A stretch of 64,000 nucleotides of DNA from Candidatus Latescibacterota bacterium (GTDB lineage: Bacteria; Latescibacterota; UBA2968; UBA8231). The stretch covers positions 736,001 through 800,000 of the forward strand of contig CBDAOB010000004.1 in assembly GCA_965197905.1 (NCBI GenBank). The letters run 5' to 3'. The position numbers and the translations under genes were made by a program. Positions 47,682-57,202 of this stretch are shown piece by piece (positions within the stretch are counted from its first letter, which is position 1; the number at the start of each line of letters is the position of its first letter). The notes under the pieces were generated by a model. The model ran no database searches, was not told the origin of the DNA, and saw nothing but the letters and a program-made list of their open reading frames with translations.

Positions 47682-49268
47682 TCACACCTGATACGCAAAA
47701 ACCTTGGCCTGAAACATCTTCAGCCGGATCGCCACCATCTCGCCGACGCCGGTGATGTCGCTGCTCCCCTTCCAGGTCACCGCTCGATCCAGAGAATCAC
47801 CGGTCAACCGGTCGCACTCCTCGAAAGTGAAGCCTTTCAACGGATCGACATCACCGTGGAACATCGACGGCATCATCCGCATCAGCTCCACGCTCACCCA
47901 CCCACCCGGTTTGCAGCGGTAATTCAGCCGCAGCTCGTCATTGCGGCGATGGATAGTGGGAATGGTGAAGCGCCCTTCGGTTGCCGCTTCAAAACCGCAG
48001 AACCGGTGCGGCTGCCATAGTGCCCAACCCATCTTCCGCACTTGCTTGTGCGGAAAAAGCTCCGCCTCGTACTCCGCCTTGGTGTTGTGGAGTCTGGATT
48101 CGGCCCAGTAGCTTGCGCCCCAGTGGCCGTCGGGAAGCTCGGCTATTCCGGATGACCCGATCATGCAGTCTTCACCGCTACCTGTAGGTCCCAAGGTTAT
48201 GATTGGTTTGCGTTCTGGCCGCTGCCAGACCAGGCCGTCGCGGCTAAAAGCGATCTGCACATCCATGGTGCCGGTCATGTGATGGAAGACCGGGGTGAGC
48301 ATGCCGTGCATATCGGTGCGGCCCGGATACGGGAAGTAGGAGTGGGCGTAGAAGGCGATGTCCAGGTCGTCCTGTGAGTCGGGGTGCATGGTGAGCTTCG
48401 CCGCGGGCCATTTGCGAAAGTCTTTGGTTCGGGCGATGCCGTTGGCCCGGCGCACCATCTCCGTCTCCTGGACTCCCGTGCCGATCCCCACCGGCTCCTC
48501 CGGCGCAAACCCCTGGGGTTGCAGGTAGGCGTAGTAGGTGCCGCTGGGCTCGTCGTATCCAGCTACGATGCCGCCGTTGACCGAGTAGTCGGCCAATGGT
48601 TCTTCGATCTTCTTCCATCCCTGGAAGCGGTCCGGGGAGGTCCAGCCGACCATCCACCCGCGCAGGACCACCTTCGGGCCTTTGTAGTCGCGCCCCTCGT
48701 ACTGCATAGCGTCCCAGCGTTTTTCCGCTTCCTCGGTCTCCAGCTTTTCCCAGGTATCGGGGTCAAACCAGCTGGATCCCGAGCCTATGGCTTTGAACCG
48801 CTCCTCGGGGGGTGCCGAGGGGTCTTCCCAGATGCCGCCCTCGGGATGATTGGCACGGATGTTGTTCTTCTTGGAGCCGTTGAACTCTACCTCGCCCAGC
48901 TCGGGACGGGTCCAGTTATAGCAGTCGTCGCTTACGGCATAACAGGTTCCCTGTCCGAAGACGTAGTAGAACATGTGATAACGACCGTCCTCGTACCAGA
49001 CATCGCCGCCTGACGTTCCTTCCTTTTCCCATTCCACCTCGCCGTCGAAAACTACCGGTGCCTTGGTAGCTACCTCGATGGTGTGCTCGACACCCACGGG
49101 TGCATCGTAGAGGTTGTATACCCCCTCGCGGGAAACGGACCGATTGCCGGGGAAGATTTCGTGGACATCGATGAGCGGCGTCCAGGTGCCGGGATTGCTC
49201 CGCGGCCGCACCCAGTCACCGGGATAGAATCCTCGCCATTCGCCGCTAAGCTGTCTTTCTTTGGCCAT
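47682..49268 (-). CDS. Beta-propeller glycoside-hydrolase-like protein (paralogue of 40933..42513)
   Basis: Colinear similarity from WTPLIDVHEI to IRLKMFQAKVFAY. Confidence 0.65.
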   Translation of the reverse strand: MAKERQLSGEWRGFYPGDWVRPRSNPGTWTPLIDVHEIFPGNRSVSREGVYNLYDAPVGVEHTIEVATKAPVVFDGEVEWEKEGTSGGDVWYEDGRYHMFYYVFGQGTCYAVSDDCYNWTRPELGEVEFNGSKKNNIRANHPEGGIWEDPSAPPEERFKAIGSGSSWFDPDTWEKLETEEAEKRWDAMQYEGRDYKGPKVVLRGWMVGWTSPDRFQGWKKIEEPLADYSVNGGIVAGYDEPSGTYYAYLQPQGFAPEEPVGIGTGVQETEMVRRANGIARTKDFRKWPAAKLTMHPDSQDDLDIAFYAHSYFPYPGRTDMHGMLTPVFHHMTGTMDVQIAFSRDGLVWQRPERKPIITLGPTGSGEDCMIGSSGIAELPDGHWGASYWAESRLHNTKAEYEAELFPHKQVRKMGWALWQPHRFCGFEAATEGRFTIPTIHRRNDELRLNYRCKPGGWVSVELMRMMPSMFHGDVDPLKGFTFEECDRLTGDSLDRAVTWKGSSDITGVGEMVAIRLKMFQAKVFAYQV

Positions 49269-49393
49269 CTCGTTTTCCTCCTGTTTGCTTGTCAGTGTAG
49301 CAAGCTTTCAGTGCGCCTACAAACTGGGGCCTGTTCTCCGGTCGGAGAATATCGGGATGTGACGGGGCGCGGTTATGGCCGCGCCAGCCAGCA

Positions 49394-50878
49394 CTAGAAG
49401 AGCTCGTTCGCCGAGGACAGGTCCACGGTGTCGCCGGTTTCCTCCTGCCAGCGCCGCAGTCGGGTGGTGAGATCTCGTAAGAGTGAGCTGTACTGGGGAT
49501 CTCGCACGAGGTTCCGAGTCTCGACGGGATCTTCGTGGAGGTTGTAGAGCTCGTGCTCTCCCAGTTTACTGCAGTTGAATTTCCAACCGTCAGGCGTGAC
49601 GATAGTTCGTGCGGAGTCTTCTGAGCTTGCCTTGAGGTCCGCCTCCGAAGCAACCCCACGCATGGCTTCGGGAAAAGGCGAGACGCCCAGGGGGCCCTGC
49701 CACTGGACGAACACATCGCGGTTGTCAGCCGACGTGCCACTTTGCTGGAACAGCGGGCGCAGGCTCGTTCCCTGCAGGTGGCCGGGGATGGGCTGATCCA
49801 TCAAATCCAGCAACGTGGGCATCAGGTCGACATGGCCCACAGGTCCCTCGACCCGCTTGCCCTTCCTCTGGCCGGGAAGGCGGATCAACAGCGGCACACG
49901 CACGGCTTCCTCGAACATGAAACCCTTACCGCGCAGTCGGTGGCTGCCCATCATCTCGCCGTGATCGGAGGTGAAGACGACGATAGTGTTGTCGCCCACG
50001 CCGCATTCCTCCAGGGTGTCGAGAATCGTGCCCACATGCGTGTCCACCAGGCTGCAGTTTCCCCAGTACTTGGCGGTCAGCTGCCGCCAGTCTAGCTCGG
50101 TCTTGAGGGGAACGCCGAACCCCTGCTCCTCGTAGATGTGATAGAGGGCGCGGATCTTGAGTGGCTGCTGCTTGGTCGGCACGGCCGCAAAGTTGCGGGG
50201 CAACGGAACCTGCGCCGGGTCGTACTGGCTGTCACGGGGCCCGAAGTACGGCTGATGCGGCTCGAAGATACTCACGAAGAGGATGAAGGGGCGTGCTTTG
50301 TTGTCGCGGATGAACTGCGATGCGTGACGCGCGAGGAACGCGGGCTGGCCATACTCCTCGGGCACGCCCGCGTGAAACGTGTGTGTGAACGCGCGAAACC
50401 CATCCGGGGCTTCATAATCGGGTTCAAAACCCTGGTCCAGCAGGAACTCGTGGTAGGTAGAGGGCTGAAACGAATCCTTTCCCTCCGAGTAGAACGGGCG
50501 ATGCTCGTGGTCTTCGGTGCTGATCCAGTGATCAAACCCGTGTTGCGCAAAGACGTCGTCACCAAGGTGCCATTTGCCGTGATGACCGCAGACATAGTTG
50601 CCGTGCTCTACCAGCTCGGGGAGGCACGAATTGAGACCATGAAGGCGATTGTTGAGGTCGCCCGTAAGGCCGGCAGCCGCGTGAGGATACATGCCCGTCA
50701 TAAGCGCCGCCCGGGAGGGCTGACACACCGGCTCGTTGACATAGGCTTTCTCGAAGACGACACTCTCCTCCGCCAGCCGGTTCAGATTCGGCATCTGGAT
50801 CAGGTGATTGCCGTAGGCAGCGAGCGAGTCGGCGCGCTGCTGGTCGGTGTAGACGAATAGGAGATTCGGTCGGCCCAT
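49394..50878 (-). CDS. Formylglycine-dependent sulfatase (Cys-type)
   Basis: PNLLFVYTDQQR, CQPSRAALMTG, GKWHLG, FTSDHG, ELYNL..DP.E..NL. Confidence 0.94.
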   Translation of the reverse strand: MGRPNLLFVYTDQQRADSLAAYGNHLIQMPNLNRLAEESVVFEKAYVNEPVCQPSRAALMTGMYPHAAAGLTGDLNNRLHGLNSCLPELVEHGNYVCGHHGKWHLGDDVFAQHGFDHWISTEDHEHRPFYSEGKDSFQPSTYHEFLLDQGFEPDYEAPDGFRAFTHTFHAGVPEEYGQPAFLARHASQFIRDNKARPFILFVSIFEPHQPYFGPRDSQYDPAQVPLPRNFAAVPTKQQPLKIRALYHIYEEQGFGVPLKTELDWRQLTAKYWGNCSLVDTHVGTILDTLEECGVGDNTIVVFTSDHGEMMGSHRLRGKGFMFEEAVRVPLLIRLPGQRKGKRVEGPVGHVDLMPTLLDLMDQPIPGHLQGTSLRPLFQQSGTSADNRDVFVQWQGPLGVSPFPEAMRGVASEADLKASSEDSARTIVTPDGWKFNCSKLGEHELYNLHEDPVETRNLVRDPQYSSLLRDLTTRLRRWQEETGDTVDLSSANELF

Positions 50879-51189
50879 CGCCAATCAGAATAACATCTCT
50901 AAGTATTTGATTCAACTGGCATTTCCGCTGGCGCAATTGCCGCTGGATCTGACGGCCGGCGTCGAGGGTCCCCCCACGCTACATTTTTTTACCAGGCTAG
51001 GAGGCTGGGGGGGACGGTGCCTTGCCCGGACTCAATCAGGTTGACCCATTTTATATCGCTGCTATAATCCAAGGTAGATACGCTTCGTGGCGGGAGTCGC
51101 CGAATTGAGCTAGCGCTCCTAGACGTTTGACCGTCGCCAAAGTCCACCTTTGCGCCGTGAGTTGGGGTGATTGCGGGCGAACTGATATC

Positions 51190-51250
51190 TGTAACGGATT
51201 CCTTGCAGCTGTAAGGCCTGCCTAGCACCTCCTGTAACAGATTCATAGCG
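51190..51250 (+). promoter_or_regulatory. Triple array of putative bEBP enhancer sites TGTAA-N8-TWGCR
   Basis: TGTAACGGATTCCTTGCA (51190), TGTAAGGCCTGCCTAGCA (51210), TGTAACAGATTCATAGCG (51233). Confidence 0.68.
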
Positions 51251-51314
51251 AGCCCACCGCAGCATCCATTCCTCTAAACTGTTCGACCAGTGAGTATTGT
51301 CCCGTCGACGGAGC

Positions 51315-51330
51315 GGGCACAGCCTTTGCA
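51315..51330 (+). promoter_or_regulatory. Sigma54 -24/-12 promoter of the sensor kinase-bEBP operon
   Basis: GGGCACAGCCTTTGCA = GG-N10-GC, near consensus. Confidence 0.78.
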
Positions 51331-51534
51331 ACAGAGGGCTTGAGCGATCGACTTCAGAAAAGCGCTCCACGGCTAATGCGATTCGCCCAAAGCTGAGGCA
51401 CTCTCGCAGGCTGCGGTAAATTCTGACCCGGGGCTGACCGTTTCGTTAGATTATGACGCACGCAGAATCCGTTTAGGCATATTATTGCAAAAACCGGCAA
51501 GAGCTATCCGGAGGCATCACGCGCTGCGACTTCC

Positions 51535-54507
51535 ATGCTAAGATCCTGTGACACAGCGCTCCGTTTCAACCGGCAGTTGTTTCTTTGGGCAGCCAGTACT
51601 TGGCTGTTGTGCCAGCCGGTTGCCGCTCTTGGTGATGAGCCCACCATCGGCCGGCTCTGTTTCTGGGTGCCGCCGGAGCGCATGGTCGAGTTCGCGTCCG
51701 TCTACCAGGAGCAGGCCGTGCCCATCCTCGACAAGCATGGTTTCGTCACCTCGGCGCGGCTGGGACGCGCCACCGTCGACAACGTTTACAGCCGTCTCTT
51801 CGAGTTCGAAGATCCGGCCGCATTGATCTCAAAGCATAGGGAGCTGTGGACAGATCAGGCCTGGCGAGATCTCCTGCTCCAACTTGGAGACGTTTTCGGT
51901 CCAGCGGACATAGGCAGCTCCAGATGGGTGCCCAAAGGCGACGGCTCCATTCGCAGCACGTTTCATCTTTACAGCTCTCCAGCCGGCACCGGTGAGATCG
52001 TCGCCGCCGCTCCATTGAGGTCCAACGAAGACAGTTCCCTTTGGCCGTCGCAGTGGGGTGGTCCTTGGCTGACCTTCGTAGCCGAGGGCAGTCACGCCTT
52101 CGCACAAATAGAGGCCGGCCTGGAGGACCAACACGGCGACCTCTGGTTTGGCACTCCCGGTGGGGCGATCCGCTTCGATGGAGCACAGTTTGTCAGATTC
52201 ACTGCCAGCGATGGTCTGGTGCACGACATGGTAAACTGTATGTCCAAGGACAGGCAGGGCAATTTGTGGTTCGGGACTTTTGACGGCGTGAGCCGTTTTG
52301 ATGGCAGCCGCTACACCTCCTTCACGGTCGAGGACGGCCTTGCCCGCAGTGACGTACGGTCGATTCTCGAAGATTCTGACGGTCGTCTCTGGTTCGCCAC
52401 GGGGGGTGGGGCCAGTCGATTCGATGGCGAACGGTTCTTCAACCTCACGGCCGAGGACGGCCTGGGATCCAACGACGTGATAGCTATTGCGGAGGATCGC
52501 GCTGGAAATCTCTGGTTTGGCACCGGTGGGCCCGGCCCGCCCGGCGAAACTCCCGGGTTGGTGAGCCGCTATGATGGGACGCGGGTCATCACGTTCAGCA
52601 AAGAGGACGGGCTTGCAGACGGCGCGGTGATCTCCATCGCCGAGGACCGGGAGGGAAACCTGTGGTTCGGCACTGGAAGTCGGGCCGGGTCAGTAGAAGC
52701 GGCCGGTGTGAGTCGGTACGACGGCGCCGAGTTCACAACCTTCACTGTGCGAAACGGGCTCCCGAGCAATCATGTGAACACCATGCTCCTGGGCCAGGAG
52801 GGTTCTCTGTGGTTGGGAACGCGAGGAGGTCTGTGTCGATACGACGGACGCGGCTTCTCGACCTTCCCCGCGCGGGATGGTCGGTCTTCTAACGTGACGT
52901 CCATCGTAGAGGATCGAGCCGGCCAATTGTGGATCGGCACGTACGGCGGGGTTGTCCGGTACAGCGGCCGGTATCTCACCAACTTCACGGAGAAGGACGG
53001 ACTGGGTGATGATGGGGTTTATCGTTTGTTGGAGGATCGATACGGCCACCTGTGGATCTGCTACTGGGCTGGCGGGCTGGGAGTGACCCGCTTCGATGGC
53101 CAGACGTTCACCACCTTCGCCTCAGAGGACGGGTTTCCACGTAAGGCCGTGCGTTCCATGCTCGAGGACCGGCAGGGCAACTTGTGGTTCGGCACCCGCG
53201 GTGACGGCGTGGTGCGCTACGACGGCCGCGAATTCGTCACCTTCACCACCGTGGATGGGCTACCGCACAACGACGTGCGCTCGATCTTCCAGGACAAGAA
53301 CGATGTGATCTGGTTCGGTACCTGGAATGGAGTGAGCCGTTTCGACGGCAACAGCTTCACCGCCGTCGAGCCTTTGTCCGGCCATATCGTATGGTGCATG
53401 CTGGAGGATCGGAGAGGGGATCTGTGGCTGGGAACTGTGCTGCCCCACGACGTGGGTCTGTTTCGTTACGATGGGCGCGAATTCGTTGCCTACAGCACTG
53501 CCGATGGGCTCGCCTCGAATGATGTGCGTTGTCTTCTGGTGGACCGGAGCGGTCACTTGTGGGTAGGGGGTGGCGGCGGAAATATTGGGCCAGGAGACTT
53601 GGCCTTGGCTCGGTACGAGGAAGACAGATTCCGAGCGTTGACCAAAGCCGACGAGCTTCCCGATATGGACGTTCAAACATTGTCAGAGGATAGGGCTGGG
53701 AACTTGTGGGTGGCAACCAGGTATCTCACAGGTGCCTACGACGGCGCGGTGTTCCAGGCTACTGTGGGTTCGAGCGACATCCTCCAGAGCCGCCAGGGAG
53801 ATATCTGGCTCGGTACGGGTAGAGGCCTTTACCGTTATCGACCGCAGCGCGATTTCCCACCCACTGTCCAACTCACCCAAATAACCGCCGATCGTCAATA
53901 CGAACCTCGATCCGAGCTCAGCATGCCGTCGACGCAGGCGTTCCTCACCATCGAATTTCAGGGCCGCAGCAAACTGACTCGACCGGACGGTTTTGTATAC
54001 CGCTACCGCCTTCTGGGTCATGACGACGACTGGCGCACTACCCGTGCGCGTCGGGTCCAATACGACGATTTGCCGCGAGGCGAGTACGTGTTCGAGGTTA
54101 AAGCCGTGGACCACGACCTCAACTACTCGGAGCCGACACGAATGGACTTGAAGATCCATGCCCCCTACGGCCGAGTCGCCTGGATCTCGGCCCTGAGCCT
54201 GGCCGTACTCCTGGCCATTTGGCAAACGGGCCGCCTGTTTCAACGCGATCGGCGCCTGCGTGAAACCAACAGGTCCTTGGCAGAAGCGAACCAGGCCAAG
54301 TCCCTATTCCTGGCCAATATGAGCCACGAGATCCGCACCCCCATGAATGCGATCCTGGGCCACGCGCAACTGCTTAGACGGAGCAGGGAGTTGTCGCCCG
54401 ACCATCGCCGAGCTGTAGAAACCGTCCAACAGAGTGGGGACCATCTGCTCAGGCTGATCAATGAGGTGCTAGACATCTCGAAATTGAGACGGGTCGGCTG
54501 GAGCTGA
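51535..54507 (+). CDS. Hybrid sensor kinase, N-terminal part: signal peptide, small alpha/beta domain, Reg_prop beta-propeller repeats, Y_Y_Y, TM, HisKA (frameshift at ~54482)
   Basis: Many EDxxGNLWFGT..GVSRFDG..FTxxDGL repeats; [40 protein letters not shown]. Confidence 0.9.
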   Translation: MLRSCDTALRFNRQLFLWAASTWLLCQPVAALGDEPTIGRLCFWVPPERMVEFASVYQEQAVPILDKHGFVTSARLGRATVDNVYSRLFEFEDPAALISKHRELWTDQAWRDLLLQLGDVFGPADIGSSRWVPKGDGSIRSTFHLYSSPAGTGEIVAAAPLRSNEDSSLWPSQWGGPWLTFVAEGSHAFAQIEAGLEDQHGDLWFGTPGGAIRFDGAQFVRFTASDGLVHDMVNCMSKDRQGNLWFGTFDGVSRFDGSRYTSFTVEDGLARSDVRSILEDSDGRLWFATGGGASRFDGERFFNLTAEDGLGSNDVIAIAEDRAGNLWFGTGGPGPPGETPGLVSRYDGTRVITFSKEDGLADGAVISIAEDREGNLWFGTGSRAGSVEAAGVSRYDGAEFTTFTVRNGLPSNHVNTMLLGQEGSLWLGTRGGLCRYDGRGFSTFPARDGRSSNVTSIVEDRAGQLWIGTYGGVVRYSGRYLTNFTEKDGLGDDGVYRLLEDRYGHLWICYWAGGLGVTRFDGQTFTTFASEDGFPRKAVRSMLEDRQGNLWFGTRGDGVVRYDGREFVTFTTVDGLPHNDVRSIFQDKNDVIWFGTWNGVSRFDGNSFTAVEPLSGHIVWCMLEDRRGDLWLGTVLPHDVGLFRYDGREFVAYSTADGLASNDVRCLLVDRSGHLWVGGGGGNIGPGDLALARYEEDRFRALTKADELPDMDVQTLSEDRAGNLWVATRYLTGAYDGAVFQATVGSSDILQSRQGDIWLGTGRGLYRYRPQRDFPPTVQLTQITADRQYEPRSELSMPSTQAFLTIEFQGRSKLTRPDGFVYRYRLLGHDDDWRTTRARRVQYDDLPRGEYVFEVKAVDHDLNYSEPTRMDLKIHAPYGRVAWISALSLAVLLAIWQTGRLFQRDRRLRETNRSLAEANQAKSLFLANMSHEIRTPMNAILGHAQLLRRSRELSPDHRRAVETVQQSGDHLLRLINEVLDISKLRRVGWS

Positions 54508-54509
54508 GC

Positions 54510-55661
54510 GTGACGGATTTCGATTTGCGGTCGATGCTGATAACCCTCGGAGCCATGTTTGAGCTGCAATGCGCTGAAAAGGGACTGCAGTGGAGACTGG
54601 AGGGTGTGGCGAATGAACAAATGCCCGTCCACGGCGACGAAGACAAGCTGCGCCAGGTACTGATGAATCTGCTGGGCAATGCCCTCAAGTTCACCGAAGA
54701 GGGTGAGGTTGCGTTGCGACTCATCCCACTGCATGAGGACCGCTATCAGTTCGAGGTGATCGATACGGGTCCCGGGCTCACCGCGGAAGATCAGGCCGCG
54801 ATCCTTGAGCCGTTTCAGCAGGGGGCCGCCGGTCTCCGTGCGGGTGGCACGGGATTGGGGTTGACCATTGCAGAGCGCCAACTCGAGTTGATGGGCAGCC
54901 AGCTTACTGTCGACTCCACCGTCGGGGAAGGCTCCTGTTTTTCCTTTACTGTCACGTTGCCCCGAGCGAATGCGGAAGTGCCAGTGGAAGCATCCGGCGA
55001 CTGGGCGCGCGTCCAACACCTGGCCCCTGGTTATCACGTCAAGGCGTTGGTCGCTGACGACGTCGCCGACAACCGCGACATTCTGTCCGGTATGTTGGCC
55101 GAACTTGGCGCCGATGTTGAGGTAGTGGAGAACGGCCAGCTGGCGTTGGAGTCCCTGGCCGCCGGTCGCCTCCCCGATATTGTTTTCCTCGACATTCGTA
55201 TGCCGGTGATGAGCGGTCTGGAAACAATCCGTCTTCTGCGCCAAAACCTCGATTGGAAATCCTTGAAGGTAGTGGCGATCTCAGCGTCGGTTCTGGAACA
55301 CGAGCGCCAGGAGTTCCTCGCCGCCGGCTTTGACGACTTCATCGACAAACCGTTCCGCTTCGAGCGCATCTGCGCCTGTCTCGCGCGGCACCTGCGTGTC
55401 GAGTTCGTCTTTGCGGATGTGCCGGACGTGGATCCTGCGATTCCCCAAGACTGGCAAGCGGTGACGTTGCCGGCGGACTTACACGCCAACCTGGTTGAAG
55501 CTGTCGAGGTTCGAGCCGTGACGGCAATGGAAGGACATCTCAAAACCCTGGAACAGCTAGGCGACGACCAACGCAGGTTGGCTGTCTGTCTGCGGCAGCT
55601 GCAGCAGCAGTTCAACATGGACGACATGCTTAATACACTGAGGATGATTTCGCATGAGTGA
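54510..55661 (+). CDS. Hybrid sensor kinase, C-terminal part (HATPase-REC-helical domain)
   Basis: [32 protein letters not shown]; adding one A at 54481-54483 restores LDISKIETGRLELSVTDFDL. Confidence 0.88.
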   Translation: MTDFDLRSMLITLGAMFELQCAEKGLQWRLEGVANEQMPVHGDEDKLRQVLMNLLGNALKFTEEGEVALRLIPLHEDRYQFEVIDTGPGLTAEDQAAILEPFQQGAAGLRAGGTGLGLTIAERQLELMGSQLTVDSTVGEGSCFSFTVTLPRANAEVPVEASGDWARVQHLAPGYHVKALVADDVADNRDILSGMLAELGADVEVVENGQLALESLAAGRLPDIVFLDIRMPVMSGLETIRLLRQNLDWKSLKVVAISASVLEHERQEFLAAGFDDFIDKPFRFERICACLARHLRVEFVFADVPDVDPAIPQDWQAVTLPADLHANLVEAVEVRAVTAMEGHLKTLEQLGDDQRRLAVCLRQLQQQFNMDDMLNTLRMISHE

Positions 55662-57147
55662 GCACACAGGCACCAGAATCCTCCTGGTCGACGACCAGCC
55701 TGCCAACCTGGAGGTCTTGCGCCAGTTCTTAGAGTCCAGAGGTCACGAGATTTTTCTCGCGTTCAATGGCAAAGAAGCGCTTCGAACCGCGGCGCGGGTT
55801 GTCCCCGAGCTGATACTGTTAGATGTGAACATGCCCGTAATGGACGGCTTCGAAGTCTGTCGCCGACTCAAGCAGGATGAATGCTCCAAGGCCATTCCGG
55901 TGATCTTCGTCACCGGTCGCGATCAGGAAGAAGATGTGGTTGCCGGGTTGGTCGCAGGTGGCGTCGATTACGTAACCAAACCGGTCAGGGAAGCGGAGGT
56001 CGTGGCTCGGGTGGACACCCATCTGGGGATCGGTCGTCTCAATTTGGAGTTGAGCGCAAGAAACGAGGAATTGGCTGCGAAGAATCAGGCTTTGGAAGAA
56101 GAGATTGCCCAGCGCAATCAGCTCAAAGGTCAGCTCTCCGTTCTCTCCGAGCGCGAAGCAGAGCGCTGGGGACTCGACGGTTTTGTCGGTAACAGTCCGA
56201 CCATTCAAAAGATATTTGCGGACATCCGCTTGCTGCAGGAGAGCACGACAACCTCGGTGCTCATCAACGGCGAGAGTGGTACCGGCAAGGAGCTGATCGC
56301 CCGCGCCATCCACTTTGGTAGTTCTCGTCGTGACGGCCCTTTTGTGCCGGTCAACTGCGCCGCCATGCCCGCCGAGTTGGCTGAATCGATGTTGTTCGGT
56401 CACGTCAAGGGCGCCTTCACCGGAGCTGCTACCGATCGCGTTGGATATTTTGAGATGGCCCACGAAGGCACCGTGTTCCTCGACGAGATCGGCGATATGT
56501 CCCAGGCCTTGCAGGCCAAGCTGCTTCGCGTCCTGGAAGACGGCGAGATCTGGCGCGTGGGAGCCAGCGAAGGTCGGCGGATGGACTTCCGCCTGGTGAC
56601 TGCCACCAATATGGATCTGCAGCGTTGTATTCAAGAGGGAAGCTTTCGGCCGGATCTCTATTTCCGGGTAGCCCGCTTTGAGGTCACGGCACCTCCTCTG
56701 CGCGACCGTCGCGAAGACATCCCGCTACTCTTCCGCCATTTCCTGAAGCTCTATGCCACTGAGATGGGGCGCGAACCTCCAAATCTGGACACCGGGGTGC
56801 TCGAGAGCCTGCAACAGTACGGTTTTCCAGGAAATGTTCGGGAGCTCAAGAACATCGCCGAGCGCGCGTTGATCGAGAGCGGCGGCACCGAGATCCAACC
56901 CCATCATCTGCACTTTCTTACGGAGCCCTCACCGATGGTGACCGAAACGGTTGAATCAAAGGATGAGCTTCCTCCTCTACATCTGCCGCTGGATCTAGAC
57001 GAAGCGGCGGGACAGGCGGAACGGTGGGTCGTGCAAAGCGCCATGGCCCGCGCCAACGGGAACGTCTCAGAGGCTGCGCGCCTACTGGGCACGAACCGCA
57101 CCCGTGTGTACCGCGTTTTGAATCAGTTGAAAGAGGAAAGTCAGTAG
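55654..57147 (+). CDS. Sigma54-dependent response regulator (REC-AAA+-Fis HTH), paralogue of 28819..30324
   Basis: GESGTGKELIARAIH, GHVKGAFTGA, FLDEIG, PGNVRELKN, AARLLGTNRTRVYR; shares ERWGL(D/E)G and LPLDLD motifs with the paralogue. Confidence 0.95.
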   Translation: MSEHTGTRILLVDDQPANLEVLRQFLESRGHEIFLAFNGKEALRTAARVVPELILLDVNMPVMDGFEVCRRLKQDECSKAIPVIFVTGRDQEEDVVAGLVAGGVDYVTKPVREAEVVARVDTHLGIGRLNLELSARNEELAAKNQALEEEIAQRNQLKGQLSVLSEREAERWGLDGFVGNSPTIQKIFADIRLLQESTTTSVLINGESGTGKELIARAIHFGSSRRDGPFVPVNCAAMPAELAESMLFGHVKGAFTGAATDRVGYFEMAHEGTVFLDEIGDMSQALQAKLLRVLEDGEIWRVGASEGRRMDFRLVTATNMDLQRCIQEGSFRPDLYFRVARFEVTAPPLRDRREDIPLLFRHFLKLYATEMGREPPNLDTGVLESLQQYGFPGNVRELKNIAERALIESGGTEIQPHHLHFLTEPSPMVTETVESKDELPPLHLPLDLDEAAGQAERWVVQSAMARANGNVSEAARLLGTNRTRVYRVLNQLKEESQ

Positions 57148-57202
57148 CGGTACAGGGACATACATAGCCGATGTCATTCCCTTTGTTTAGGTACCGTTCT
57201 CG

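Noticed and set aside
46042..47691. 549-aa plus-strand ORF and other long antisense ORFs (e.g. 34087..35451, 29083..30189, 38837..39781)
   Set aside because: Shadow frames opposite well-supported genes in GC-rich DNA, with no recognisable motifs
50900..50912. Exact IHF consensus (AATCAAATACTTA, minus strand)
   Set aside because: A single short degenerate motif with no associated element; not enough to call a feature
50955..50990. GTCGAGGGTCCCCCCACGCTACA followed by a T run, resembling a tRNA 3' end or att site
   Set aside because: No TTCGA T-loop, no cloverleaf, no integrase or partner repeat in the window
51475..51489. AGGCATATTATTGCA as a second sigma54 promoter
   Set aside because: GG-GC spacing is 9, not the required 10; a better site exists at 51315
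52100..53850. Periodic DNA repeats suggesting a CRISPR or tandem array
   Set aside because: They are degenerate coding repeats of the Reg_prop beta-propeller, with no identical repeat-spacer structure
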